From: a virus
Lineage: Duplodnaviria > Heunggongvirae > Uroviricota > Caudoviricetes
Direction: 5' to 3' (one strand)
Virus record (IMG/VR): IMGVR_UViG_2879469214_000003
Coordinates: 64,001-127,851 of that record
Length of the DNA: 63,851 nt
In this document: one piece after another, positions 1 to 8,913 of the stretch
Numbering within the stretch: the first letter of the stretch is position 1
Layout: every line of letters starts with the position of its first letter
Program-made: the position numbers and the translations under genes
Notes under the pieces: model-generated
The model's input: the letters and a program-made list of their open reading frames with translations, nothing else
Told to the model about the DNA's origin: nothing
Database searches by the model: none

Positions 1-384
1 CTTAGTTAAAAACATTGTATCTTGTACAATAAACTCTTCTTCTTTTACAAACACTGAACCAAAATATCCATCATCGTTAAAATTATTTGCTATGTATCTC
101 CACAAAAGTTCTAAATCTTCTTGGTTAAAATACCAAATCAGTTCATCATCAATATCTTCTTCATAATATTCCTCTAGGAACTCTTTTAAATCATTGAATT
201 TGCGAAATGGCGTATAGTCCCCATCATTATGGTAATATTCGTATTCACCACAGTCATAGTCTTCGTTTCCGGGTGACTTTCTGTAGTCCATAATTGCCCA
301 GAATCGCGGAGCTGCTTGGCAATCGTTATCTTGAGTGTTTAATTCAGTTTGTAACTCTTTTAGAAACTTTAGATCCTCGTTCAT
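1..384 (-). CDS. Hypothetical phage protein, runs off window start
   Basis: Open frame MNEDLKFLKELQTELNTQDNDCQAAPRFWAIMDY... read manually; not in ORF track because truncated. Confidence 0.7.
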   Translation of the reverse strand, partial: MNEDLKFLKELQTELNTQDNDCQAAPRFWAIMDYRKSPGNEDYDCGEYEYYHNDGDYTPFRKFNDLKEFLEEYYEEDIDDELIWYFNQEDLELLWRYIANNFNDDGYFGSVFVKEEEFIVQDTMFLTK

Positions 385-388
385 TCAC

Positions 389-598
389 TCACTCCCTGTT
401 CGATTTTTCTTTTAATCTGCTACCTAATTCAGAAGCAATGCTATCGTATTTATCAATCATCGTATTAAATTTATCTACTGAAACCTTGTACTCTTGGTTA
501 GTCTTGTGTTTTTCGTATGTAACTCCCAAATTTAATATAACTCCAAAAATCAACAAAGCTAATCCAATCCAATACCAAACTCTTTGTTTCTGGCTCAT
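389..598 (-). CDS. Small membrane-anchored protein
   Basis: SD GGAG, one N-terminal TM segment (WYWIGLALLIFGVILNLGV). Confidence 0.7.
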   Translation of the reverse strand: MSQKQRVWYWIGLALLIFGVILNLGVTYEKHKTNQEYKVSVDKFNTMIDKYDSIASELGSRLKEKSNRE

Positions 599-652
599 AT
601 GTACACTCCTTTCAATTTCATAAATCTTTTCTCAGTAAATGATCGATTTTAT

Positions 653-847
653 CTAATCCTGATGGTCATATATGTATTCAAGTTCAAACTCCACATCTAA
701 TGCTTCTAATAAATCCTTTACAACATCTATGTAAATATCTGTGTATGTGCCAACCAACTCTTCATTAAGAATTAGCTCTGTTCCCCATTCTCCACAACAA
801 CCATCTGAGCAACTGTAGTGATATTCTCTGATTAAAATTTTGTTCAT
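653..847 (-). CDS. Hypothetical acidic phage protein
   Basis: ORF co-oriented with array; overlaps upstream stop. Confidence 0.65.
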   Translation of the reverse strand: MNKILIREYHYSCSDGCCGEWGTELILNEELVGTYTDIYIDVVKDLLEALDVEFELEYIYDHQD

Positions 848-972
848 TTGATTATCGCAACTATTAGTGCAGCGAATGACAATACAACAGATATGTATAA
901 AAGTAAGTAAATCTCAACGACACTCTTTAGATATTCCTTTTTCCATAGATACGCTTTAAACTTTTTAAACAT
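844..972 (-). CDS. 42-aa membrane peptide (not in ORF track)
   Basis: SD AAGGAG then MFKKFKAYLWKKEYLKSVVEIYLLLYISVVLSFAALIVAIIK*; stop overlaps next ATG. Confidence 0.65.
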   Translation of the reverse strand: MFKKFKAYLWKKEYLKSVVEIYLLLYISVVLSFAALIVAIIK

Positions 973-1282
973 AGTTACCACTCCTTTCTTGTTGAATTAT
1001 CAATTTCATTGAAAAATAAGTCTCTCAGTTTCTTCCATCCAAAGAACCTACGTGCTACTGGCTAGTTTTACACATAAATATAGGACTAAGATACTAAAAC
1101 CAAAGCAATCCCAAACAAAAAATTAGGTATTTGGGGTTCATTCAACATATAGTCCTATATATAATATGGTATAAAACATTACCATAAACACTATATGTAC
1201 ACCACAATACAATTGACTTATCTATATATGGTGTTGTAAGCTAATCTTGTTCCAATATTTTCTTTAGGACTAGGAGGTGAAT

Positions 1283-1432
1283 TTGTTGACAACTAGATCT
1301 AGCACTCGAAAGGTATCTTCTACTGCAATGTCTAAAAAGGCTTCTTCAGTTTTAAGAAGTAAATCCTCAAGTAAAACTGCCAAGTCTCTAGCAGGATCTG
1401 TTCTGGCACAATCTCGGTCAGGGCGCAAATAA
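1283..1432 (+). CDS. 49-aa Ser/Lys-rich basic peptide (not in ORF track)
   Basis: SD GGAGGTG, TTG start, LTTRSSTRKVSSTAMSKKASSVLRSKSSSKTAKSLAGSVLAQSRSGRK*. Confidence 0.65.
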   Translation: MLTTRSSTRKVSSTAMSKKASSVLRSKSSSKTAKSLAGSVLAQSRSGRK

Positions 1433-1457
1433 CTCTAATTCGAAAGGGGTCATTATA

Positions 1458-1589
1458 GTGACTAAAAAGATTAAGATTAACCTATCTGGGTCTAAATCCC
1501 AAATTAAAAGTCAGTTGAGAAAGGCTGAACGAGAGATTACGCGAGATATTGAGAGACAGTTAGAACGTCAGATCAACAAGTTGAGGTAG
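1458..1589 (+). CDS. 43-aa basic helical peptide (not in ORF track)
   Basis: SD AAAGGGG, GTG start, TKKIKINLSGSKSQIKSQLRKAEREITRDIERQLERQINKLR*. Confidence 0.6.
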   Translation: MTKKIKINLSGSKSQIKSQLRKAEREITRDIERQLERQINKLR

Positions 1590-1620
1590 TATCTCTTCAT
1601 TCTTCATAATCTTTTGACTC

Positions 1621-1646
1621 CTCCAGATGCCGGATAACATCTGGGG
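1621..1646. terminator. Hairpin between convergent units
   Basis: CTCCAGATG / CATCTGGGG stem. Confidence 0.55.
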
Positions 1647-1690
1647 GAACCTTATAAATTCTTTATTTGATTAAAACTTCTAAAGACTGT

Positions 1691-2056
1691 CTACTGCTCA
1701 TATGTATTAATAGCTTTCTCAATGTCACTTAGTATCTTTTTCATTTCTTCAGCATTCTTACTATAAACTGAACCACCACTTGATTTAATCTCAAACTTGA
1801 AGTCGTCTTTGTTCGTCTCTGGTTCAACTGGAACAGTGTTGTAAATCAGCGTTCCTTTTGGGAATGTCTTTTTAGTGTAACTGTCACAATAATCTTCTTT
1901 AAGTTCAGTTAAACCTTTACATCCTCTAATTTGTTTAACACTTTTCTTTGATCTAATCCAGCAATGACCGAGCGTTTTAAACTTATGAACCTCTAAGAGT
2001 AAACCTTCTCTTACTCGCCAAATATCTTTAATTGCGTGTGATTGTATTTTTTCCAT
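1691..2056 (-). CDS. Hypothetical phage protein
   Basis: 121-aa ORF in array. Confidence 0.65.
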   Translation of the reverse strand: MEKIQSHAIKDIWRVREGLLLEVHKFKTLGHCWIRSKKSVKQIRGCKGLTELKEDYCDSYTKKTFPKGTLIYNTVPVEPETNKDDFKFEIKSSGGSVYSKNAEEMKKILSDIEKAINTYEQ

Positions 2057-2393
2057 ATGTATCGATCCGTTTCTGAATTTTCTTTTTTATCCGATTGCTT
2101 TTAGTTTTAGTTAGGATACTTTGTAGTTGCTTGATTTTATATCCCTTCTCAATAGCCTTAACCATTTTTTCAACACTTCGCCACTCAACAATTAACTGAT
2201 CAACTTTATACTTCAGTCCTTCAACTTCTACTTCATCAGATACAGTTACGTTCATTTTCAAATCACTTGCTTTCACATTGCCTTGCATATCAATCTTAAA
2301 CTTTTCTTCCTCAAACACTTCTGCTGCTAATGGTTTAACTGGTGTACTAAATTTACTTGCTACCTTTTTGATGAATTCTTTAAATTTACTCAT
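2028..2393 (-). CDS. Hypothetical Lys-rich phage protein
   Basis: 121-aa ORF with upstream SD AAGGGG. Confidence 0.65.
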   Translation of the reverse strand: MSKFKEFIKKVASKFSTPVKPLAAEVFEEEKFKIDMQGNVKASDLKMNVTVSDEVEVEGLKYKVDQLIVEWRSVEKMVKAIEKGYKIKQLQSILTKTKSNRIKKKIQKRIDTYGKNTITRN

Positions 2394-2452
2394 TCGATTT
2401 CCCCTTGTTATGTGAATTTATGAGACTCTTTATTTCCGATGAAATACAGCTT

Positions 2453-2626
2453 TTACAGTGACTCTAATCGTTTGATTAACACCTGAACCTTTAACCCATA
2501 TTCAGTTCTACTTTCTTTTGCTGATTCAATTACTTTATCTATATCGCTCTGTCTAGAGACGATCTGTTTGACCATCTCATCCACAGAGGTTTCACTTATG
2601 TATTTGATGGTTCTAAGCCTGTCCAT
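2453..2626 (-). CDS. 57-aa hypothetical protein (not in ORF track)
   Basis: MDRLRTIKYISETSVDEMVKQIVSRQ...KRLESL*, start abuts gmk stop. Confidence 0.6.
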   Translation of the reverse strand: MDRLRTIKYISETSVDEMVKQIVSRQSDIDKVIESAKESRTEYGLKVQVLIKRLESL

Positions 2627-3154
2627 TTATCCTTTTGACTCAACTTTGATAATGTTTCGGATAATTTTCACTGCCTTATCAAAATCATAGTTAATTACTT
2701 GATAGTCGTAACGTTTCTTTTTAAATTTCAGTCCATCAGTATTAACTCGTGAAAGAATTCGAATTACATCGTCTCCACGCTTTTGCATACGTTTCATTCG
2801 TGTCTCTTTATCCACTTTCAGATAAATTACTACAAACTCGATGTCTTCCATACGCTTCTTCAAATCCTCGATACCTACAGGATCTACAACATAGATATCT
2901 GATAGCATTAGCTGCCGCTTAGTGGCGAAGTAGTGGTAGCCTTGAATTTGAGAATAAGCAGCAATTTCATCTTTTTCTTTAAATTTCTCATATTCCTCAT
3001 TATTGCAAAAAGTATGCCCCCATTCATTCTTATGTCTTTGTGGCCTTGTAGTATATGACTGTAAAACTTTGTATCCATCTTTCTCTAGCTCTTTTACAAT
3101 TTCAGTCTTGCCAGCTCCTGAATAAGCCATAATGCAAAATATCTTTTTCTTCAT
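2627..3154 (-). CDS. gmk: Guanylate kinase-like nucleoside monophosphate kinase
   Basis: P-loop AYSGAGKT, SYTTRPQR, GHTF, YHYFAT motifs. Confidence 0.85.
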   Translation of the reverse strand: MKKKIFCIMAYSGAGKTEIVKELEKDGYKVLQSYTTRPQRHKNEWGHTFCNNEEYEKFKEKDEIAAYSQIQGYHYFATKRQLMLSDIYVVDPVGIEDLKKRMEDIEFVVIYLKVDKETRMKRMQKRGDDVIRILSRVNTDGLKFKKKRYDYQVINYDFDKAVKIIRNIIKVESKG

Positions 3155-3171
3155 ATGTATACCTCGTTTTC

Positions 3172-3678
3172 CTAATCAATAATTCTAACCTTTATATGCT
3201 TCTTTCGACCAAAATTTAAAGCTTCTTTTTCAGTTTCAAAGTACACGTCAATCCGTTTATTCTTAATGTCTCCACCTTTATCTTGCACAACTCTTTCCCC
3301 TACTCCATCTATGTAAACACGAGTTCCCTTTGGGAGTACTCGCCAGTCAGCAGCTATGGTAACTCCTTCTTTGGTCTTTTCCCCGCTTGCTGTGATTCCA
3401 TAATCTGCATCGCCCTTATTCTTGCCAGTGCTATTTTCATGGTTGGAATATGCGGTTAATTCGAAATACATCCAATCATATTCACCATCACTTTTTTTGC
3501 TAGATACTACTTTTACTTGCTTAACTTCCTTTTTGACAACCTTCTTGGGCTCCGCCGACTGTTCAACTTTAACACTCTCAATCTTAGTCGTGTTTTTCGC
3601 TTCTCGTGCTTGATTGGCACTTTCTAATCCTGCCTGACCAATGGATAGTGCCAACAATAGAGATAGGAGTACTTCCAA
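3172..3678 (-). CDS. Secreted 3D-domain (lytic transglycosylase-like) protein
   Basis: Signal peptide; LTAY, TASG, IAADWRVLPKGT, DKGGDIKNKRIDVY 3D motifs. Confidence 0.85.
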   Translation of the reverse strand: MEVLLSLLLALSIGQAGLESANQAREAKNTTKIESVKVEQSAEPKKVVKKEVKQVKVVSSKKSDGEYDWMYFELTAYSNHENSTGKNKGDADYGITASGEKTKEGVTIAADWRVLPKGTRVYIDGVGERVVQDKGGDIKNKRIDVYFETEKEALNFGRKKHIKVRIID

Positions 3679-3755
3679 CGTATCACCTTCCTGATATTTG
3701 ATTATAGTAAAGCCCCACTATTTCAAGTGAGGCTATATGTGCAACTACATTAATG

Positions 3756-4277
3756 CTAAAGGATATTCCTGCCTTTTAATTCTTCCATTACTTTTAGGAG
3801 CTTTTCAGTGGCCTGTTGGGATAAAATTACTTCTGAATTACTAATGGTTATTAACTTTTCAACATTCGGCTGCTTATCCTCTGGCTTATAAAATCTCTCA
3901 ATACGATAGTGATTCAATTCATCTTCCAATTTTTTTGATAATGTCCTTCCATACTTGAACGATTCTTGGAGTTCTTCGGACATGTAATCAAGAAAAGTAC
4001 TATAATCAGTGACACATTGCAGTTCAGCATCCTCATCTTCATAGTAAAGTTTTGTTATATGCTCACTGATATCTGAATTACTGTTTACTTGCTTGATGTG
4101 CTCAATCATTCTATCTTTTAAACAACTTTTAACTTTAGCTTTTGGATCAACTTCGACCACTGAATAACTGGTGCCTAGGACTTCATAAAACACATTTGGG
4201 TTATCTTTCGAATAAACAACATCGCCCTTTTTAAGAACCATTGGGAGTGGGGTCCAGTTAACTTCAATATCTGACAA
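3756..4277 (-). CDS. Hypothetical phage protein
   Basis: 173-aa ORF with SD AGGAGG. Confidence 0.7.
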   Translation of the reverse strand: MSDIEVNWTPLPMVLKKGDVVYSKDNPNVFYEVLGTSYSVVEVDPKAKVKSCLKDRMIEHIKQVNSNSDISEHITKLYYEDEDAELQCVTDYSTFLDYMSEELQESFKYGRTLSKKLEDELNHYRIERFYKPEDKQPNVEKLITISNSEVILSQQATEKLLKVMEELKGRNIL

Positions 4278-4293
4278 AATACGTCCTCCTATT

Positions 4294-4340
4294 TATCTAT
4301 ATGTAGATCGGGATGTTTACTTCTGATCTACATATAGATA
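4294..4340. repeat. Perfect 16-bp inverted repeat (15-nt loop) in intergenic region
   Basis: TATCTATATGTAGATC ... GATCTACATATAGATA. Confidence 0.85.
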
Positions 4341-4380
4341 TTTATTCTTTATGAAATCTGTCTTATATGAACTCTATGTA

Positions 4381-5553
4381 TTATTCAGGTAACTTGAAAT
4401 CAGTAATGAACTTGACCGCTTTAGTAAGTGCATCAACATCTGTAACTGTCGGATATGCTGCTGTACCCATAAGCTTTTTAAACTCTGGAACGACAAACTC
4501 AGTGAGTTGAGCATGTGTAAAGCGTTCTTTTTGTTTATGAATAGATTCGATCAATTCCTCAGCGGTAAACTTGGCCTCTTCCTGCTCACCAAACTCTTTA
4601 GCTTGCTCATCGCGCTCTTGTTCCTGTTCAACTTTTAACTCATCAATATTTTTCGTAGTCTTTTTAAGTTGACCTTTAACAGCATCTTCAAACACTTTCA
4701 GGAAGTTTTTGGCGCTGTACTCTACTGGTTCCTCTGGAAGATCCGTATACCGACCACCTGCAATGGAAATATACTCTGTAGGACGGAACACCATAACAGT
4801 GCGAGTCTCATGGAAGTTACTTCCCTTTTCTCTTCCTTTTTTGTCCTTGATATTGTCTGACATCTCGTCACCATCTTTATTTGTTACAACTACTTCATTG
4901 AACAAGCAACAAATCAAACTAGCTTGTGATTCAAAGATTTTACGTGCAGTAGCATGCATCATTAATTCAACAGAGTTATATTTCATACCGTTATACAGAG
5001 TCGTTTCTTTTTCTTTTGTCCAGCCTAATCCAAGCAAGCCGTAACCTGCATTACGAAGAGCATCAAACGGTTTCTTCATTTCTTCATAAAGAGCTGTGTA
5101 TCCATTTTCTTTATTGCTTGATGCATCACCAAGATCCTGTAATGAAATAATTGATGGTTTACCATAGCGTTTTGCTCTATCCTTTAACAACCACGAAGTT
5201 GCTGCATCCACACATCGGTCAGCAGTATCAATACCAATGAGTTTTACAATTCTTCCTTCCTTGGCTTCTTTTACGAGACCCGGAACAACTTCTTTCTTGA
5301 AAAATTCCCATTGTTTCCATGCATCTTCATCTGATCCTTCTTTATGAATTGGAATGATGTTGTCCAATTCCCATGTCTCATATCCGGGCTCAAACGCCAA
5401 CAGGAGTGCCTCATCAGGTGAATTATAGTGTAGCTCAGTTACCTCTTTCCAAAGGCGTGTTTTACCTGTTTTGTATGTACCAACAATAAGACTCATGATT
5501 GAATGAAGTTCCACTTTAGGCGTATTTTTTTGTACTTTATTTCTCCAACTCAT
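4381..5553 (-). CDS. AAA-family NTP-binding protein (recombination-associated, SPbeta YorG-like)
   Basis: Walker A GTYKTGKT, Walker B IGIDTAD, AFEPG, C-terminal coiled coil; next to SSB-like gene. Confidence 0.75.
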   Translation of the reverse strand: MSWRNKVQKNTPKVELHSIMSLIVGTYKTGKTRLWKEVTELHYNSPDEALLLAFEPGYETWELDNIIPIHKEGSDEDAWKQWEFFKKEVVPGLVKEAKEGRIVKLIGIDTADRCVDAATSWLLKDRAKRYGKPSIISLQDLGDASSNKENGYTALYEEMKKPFDALRNAGYGLLGLGWTKEKETTLYNGMKYNSVELMMHATARKIFESQASLICCLFNEVVVTNKDGDEMSDNIKDKKGREKGSNFHETRTVMVFRPTEYISIAGGRYTDLPEEPVEYSAKNFLKVFEDAVKGQLKKTTKNIDELKVEQEQERDEQAKEFGEQEEAKFTAEELIESIHKQKERFTHAQLTEFVVPEFKKLMGTAAYPTVTDVDALTKAVKFITDFKLPE

Positions 5554-5576
5554 TTAAATAAATCACTCCATTTATG

Positions 5577-6149
5577 TTATTTTATTGTATTAAAGAAGTT
5601 CACATATTTCTCAATCAAATCCCATCTACCTGCAAACTCATGATACTTCTTCCCATTAGCATTTATTTCAATAGTGCTTACTCTTGCATAAACAGAAGGT
5701 ACTATGTATGTATTATCAATTTCTCCATTAACATCAAGCGCGAACAGCAGATAGATATCGCACGTTGGATTAGGTTTGTTTGTTGCAAATGTATGAACCA
5801 ACGACTTGTATTCATATGTCTTAGGGTTGGCGACTTTAACATCTATCTTTACGCAATTGTTAATTAAGAGGTCGAATGGATGTCTCAACGCCATTTTTTC
5901 TACTTTATATCCTAAAGACTCTAGCATATTTAGTGCATGAAACTCATAATCTATTCCCGTTTTCGAACATGAATCCTTAATCTCAAGATTTAAGTAGTTA
6001 GCCCATTCTCTAAAACCCTTATTTTTACAAATCGCACCTGCAAAACTGTAATTCTTATCTAACTCTACTATTTCGTTAAAAGTAGGCATACGATTTAGTC
6101 CTAATATCTCTTTCCTTTTAAGTATCCCTTCCTCAATTGACTTAAGTAT
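5577..6149 (-). CDS. PD-(D/E)xK endonuclease, probable free-standing homing endonuclease; likely ATA start
   Basis: PFDLLINNCVKIDVK core; frame extends 20 codons above the ATG at 6089 to an ATA 7 nt after GGAGGTG. Confidence 0.65.
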   Translation of the reverse strand: MLKSIEEGILKRKEILGLNRMPTFNEIVELDKNYSFAGAICKNKGFREWANYLNLEIKDSCSKTGIDYEFHALNMLESLGYKVEKMALRHPFDLLINNCVKIDVKVANPKTYEYKSLVHTFATNKPNPTCDIYLLFALDVNGEIDNTYIVPSVYARVSTIEINANGKKYHEFAGRWDLIEKYVNFFNTIK

Positions 6150-6200
6150 ATTTTCTCACCTCCTTTGATAAGAAAGTGAGAAAAACAATAGTTAAATTAA

Positions 6201-7346
6201 TTATTTGAATGGATCATCGCTGTCGTTAGAGAATGGATCATTCCCAACTTGACTAAACGGGTCATCGGATTTATTTGTGTTGTTAAACGGATCGTCGCTT
6301 GTCAGTGTTGCTGTTTTTCTAAATTCCTCTTCAGTCAACAGCTCACGCATAATACTACCTTGTACATAGCTAATTACTTCCAATCCCTTTTTGTCTCCGT
6401 TGGTTACACGTTCTTGACGAGTTACTTTCTCATCGCTATCAACTTGACTAAATGGGTCATCAGAGGGAATCTCTTCAACAATATCTACATAAGCAAATGT
6501 TGCTCTGTTATTGTCTTGACCTGTTACTTCAATAAAATCATATGTATTAAGTGATGCGAATGCATCTGCCATTGGAATACCTTTCTCTACTTCTTTATGG
6601 TATACCATGAGTTCCACATCTTTCGGTTCGGAACGTTCTTTCCCATAATCTAAAAACACTGCATTAACTTTTGTGTCTTTGTTTTCATCTTGATATGTAC
6701 TACGAATTCCTAATTGCATACTAAAGTAATTTACTTCTCGGAATGCTTCACTATTGAAGTCTGTTACATAATCAAATTCTTGTCCTGCATGTTTTACTGT
6801 CTGTGTTGTGCCGTCATCATTTACAAGCAATCCATCTTTAATTGGTCTAATTGATGAAATAACTCGTTTAACAAATACTTTCTCTTCGGCGCTATTGTCT
6901 GGAGTAAATGTATCGAACTGGTATTGACCGCGAACTTCGTACCATCCATCCTCCTCGACCATTTGACCAAGACGCTCTGTCTTATCCCAATCTACTTCAA
7001 TTGCGTGATATGAATCATCAGGAAACTTTGTTTTATCATTGCGGTCTGCCCACACAACTTTAGCAGCCTTATTATTTGCACGACTGTATGGATAAGCGAA
7101 AGGTTGTTCCATGCCCGCAAGTTCAACTCGTAGTCGATTACTCAATGCTGTTTCAATTTCGAACTGGAGTACTCGACGCGGCTTATTCGTACGAGTAGTT
7201 GTTTCTTGATAAATCGGTTGCTTTTCCCAACTATCAGTTACTGGATCTTTCTTATTTACTGCACTAACTTTACCAATAAAACGAAACGAACTCTTAAACT
7301 CTTTACCTTGATGATTTTTGTTTACCTTGATTTTGTAGTCTGCCAT
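6201..7346 (-). CDS. Putative single-stranded DNA-binding protein
   Basis: Beta-rich OB-like segments, acidic tail with repeated DDPF motifs, adjacent to AAA ATPase. Confidence 0.55.
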   Translation of the reverse strand: MADYKIKVNKNHQGKEFKSSFRFIGKVSAVNKKDPVTDSWEKQPIYQETTTRTNKPRRVLQFEIETALSNRLRVELAGMEQPFAYPYSRANNKAAKVVWADRNDKTKFPDDSYHAIEVDWDKTERLGQMVEEDGWYEVRGQYQFDTFTPDNSAEEKVFVKRVISSIRPIKDGLLVNDDGTTQTVKHAGQEFDYVTDFNSEAFREVNYFSMQLGIRSTYQDENKDTKVNAVFLDYGKERSEPKDVELMVYHKEVEKGIPMADAFASLNTYDFIEVTGQDNNRATFAYVDIVEEIPSDDPFSQVDSDEKVTRQERVTNGDKKGLEVISYVQGSIMRELLTEEEFRKTATLTSDDPFNNTNKSDDPFSQVGNDPFSNDSDDPFK

Positions 7347-7619
7347 TAATTAATTTTATCTCCCTTTGTGTATATGTATTTTTTGATTGGTGTCTCTCTA
7401 GATAATCAGTTACATTGGAGGACTTCTCAATCTGCTCGTCATTTGTTCCACCACCTTTTCAAAATGAACTTGCTGCCTCTATATAATCACGCAAAGCGTG
7501 TTATTTTAATCTCCGTCATTCTTTCATATGCTCTCTTATGCTTCTCTATTCAAATCCAATTTCTTGATGAAACTATTATTTGACTAACTTCTTCTGTTCT
7601 TCGTTTAACTTACTCTCTT

Positions 7620-7664
7620 AATATAATCCAAATCATTTGTATTGTAAAGTATTATTTTAGTGTA
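7620..7664 (-). promoter_or_regulatory. SigA-like promoter with upstream TACACTAAAATAATAC box
   Basis: TTTACA-17-TATATT on minus strand, box abutting the -35. Confidence 0.7.
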
Positions 7665-7687
7665 TTTATTTTACCGGGAAATCCCGG

Positions 7688-8140
7688 CTACATAAACTTC
7701 ATGGCAAATCTATCGAATCTAATTTCTGGTTCTGCAACATGCAACTCATAAATAACTCTAGTATCATTGCATTGGAATCTTTCCAATTGGTATTCGCTAA
7801 GACACTCTTGAAATAGTCGCTCCAAGGAACTCTTACGATCTTTTATATATGTATCATTAAAATTTTCATAAGAGTCGAAGCGAGTCATCTTTATCATCTC
7901 TTTTCTGTATCCATATAAAAAGGAGTGAATAAATTCAGTAGATTTGTCTTTGCAGTTATCTACAAAATAGTCCATGTTTCCTTTAAACATAAACTCGACC
8001 ATGTTTAAAAAAGTTCCAGCTCTCTTGCTAACCCCCAAAATCTCCATGACTTGTTGCATATGCTCATACCTCTCTCGTAAAAATGTATTTTCTGGATGTA
8101 AATTCTTCCTATGTACAAATTTTAATCCATCTTTATACAC
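7688..8140 (-). CDS. Hypothetical protein downstream of Agr-like cassette (start may be ATG at 8059)
   Basis: 150-aa ORF; GAGGT SD precedes the internal ATG at 8059. Confidence 0.6.
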   Translation of the reverse strand: MYKDGLKFVHRKNLHPENTFLRERYEHMQQVMEILGVSKRAGTFLNMVEFMFKGNMDYFVDNCKDKSTEFIHSFLYGYRKEMIKMTRFDSYENFNDTYIKDRKSSLERLFQECLSEYQLERFQCNDTRVIYELHVAEPEIRFDRFAMKFM

Positions 8141-8333
8141 TTGACAATCATATTTGGTAGGTGACTAAATTGTATTGACATATGCATAAATATGGAATCG
8201 ATCCCATAATAGTGTCGTAAAATGTCGACACTGTGTTTTACAGAACTAGTGTTCGTATTTATTATACAACAAATCCTTTGGTATAACTATACTTACTTAG
8301 AAACATAACCTGATCTTCTATGTATTTAGCTGT

Positions 8334-8711
8334 TTACTTACCAAACAGCTTTTTAATATAATTCTTTACTAATTCTATCTTGCTTTGGGCTATCGTTATG
8401 TACTCTTTTCTTTCATCATCAAAGTACACTTTACCTGTTTCATAGTCTACATCTTTCATCTTATAGAGGTTTCCTAGAATTCCTGAGTCGGTCAACATCA
8501 TACCTTCACGTTCATTCATTAACTTTAAAAATGCATCATTGCTATCGGATCTTATAAACTCTCCGTAACTGGTGTAGATAACGACCTTGTAATCTCCCTT
8601 TTTAAACAACTCTCTTCTGCACTGCCTAATGTCATCCACATCTAGCCATTCAGCAACATCACTTATTTTTTTACCCTCTCTCCTTTGAACCATAATTCTA
8701 TCTCTTATCAA
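8334..8711 (-). CDS. Stand-alone LytTR DNA-binding domain protein, no receiver domain
   Basis: 125 aa; VIYTSYGEF and LTDSGILGNLYKMKDVD resemble the LytTR RxHRSxLVN..I motif; follows agrBD. Confidence 0.7.
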   Translation of the reverse strand: MIRDRIMVQRREGKKISDVAEWLDVDDIRQCRRELFKKGDYKVVIYTSYGEFIRSDSNDAFLKLMNEREGMMLTDSGILGNLYKMKDVDYETGKVYFDDERKEYITIAQSKIELVKNYIKKLFGK

Positions 8712-8734
8712 GATGTTTCACCTCTTTTGAAATA

Positions 8735-8766
8735 GCTCTTCAACTTAACATTCTAAATTGAAGAGC
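8735..8766 (-). terminator. 9-bp hairpin between agrD and LytTR gene
   Basis: GCTCTTCAA / TTGAAGAGC with weak U-tract. Confidence 0.6.
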
Positions 8767-8778
8767 CCATTACTAAAA

Positions 8779-8913
8779 TTATTTCAATTCTTCTGGTACT
8801 GGCTCTGAGTGAATCAAAGTCCAGCTTGCTGTGTTAACACCAGCATAGGCAATCGCAGTAAACAAAAATCCAATTGCTGTCATAGTGAGTTTCATTACAT
8901 TCATTTTAATCAT
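8779..8913 (-). CDS. agrD: AgrD-like cyclic lactone autoinducer peptide precursor, 44 aa (not in ORF track)
   Basis: SD AAGGAGGTG; ATG overlaps agrB stop; MIKMNVMKLTMTAIGFLFTAIAYAGVNTASWTLIHSEPVPEELK: amphipathic leader, S-x4 ring, PxP acidic tail. Confidence 0.85.
   Translation of the reverse strand: MIKMNVMKLTMTAIGFLFTAIAYAGVNTASWTLIHSEPVPEELK

Noticed and set aside
8213-8230. Spo0A boxes (TGTCGTA, TGTCGAC)
   Set aside because: Each has a mismatch to TGNCGAA and is better explained as the arms of a hairpin
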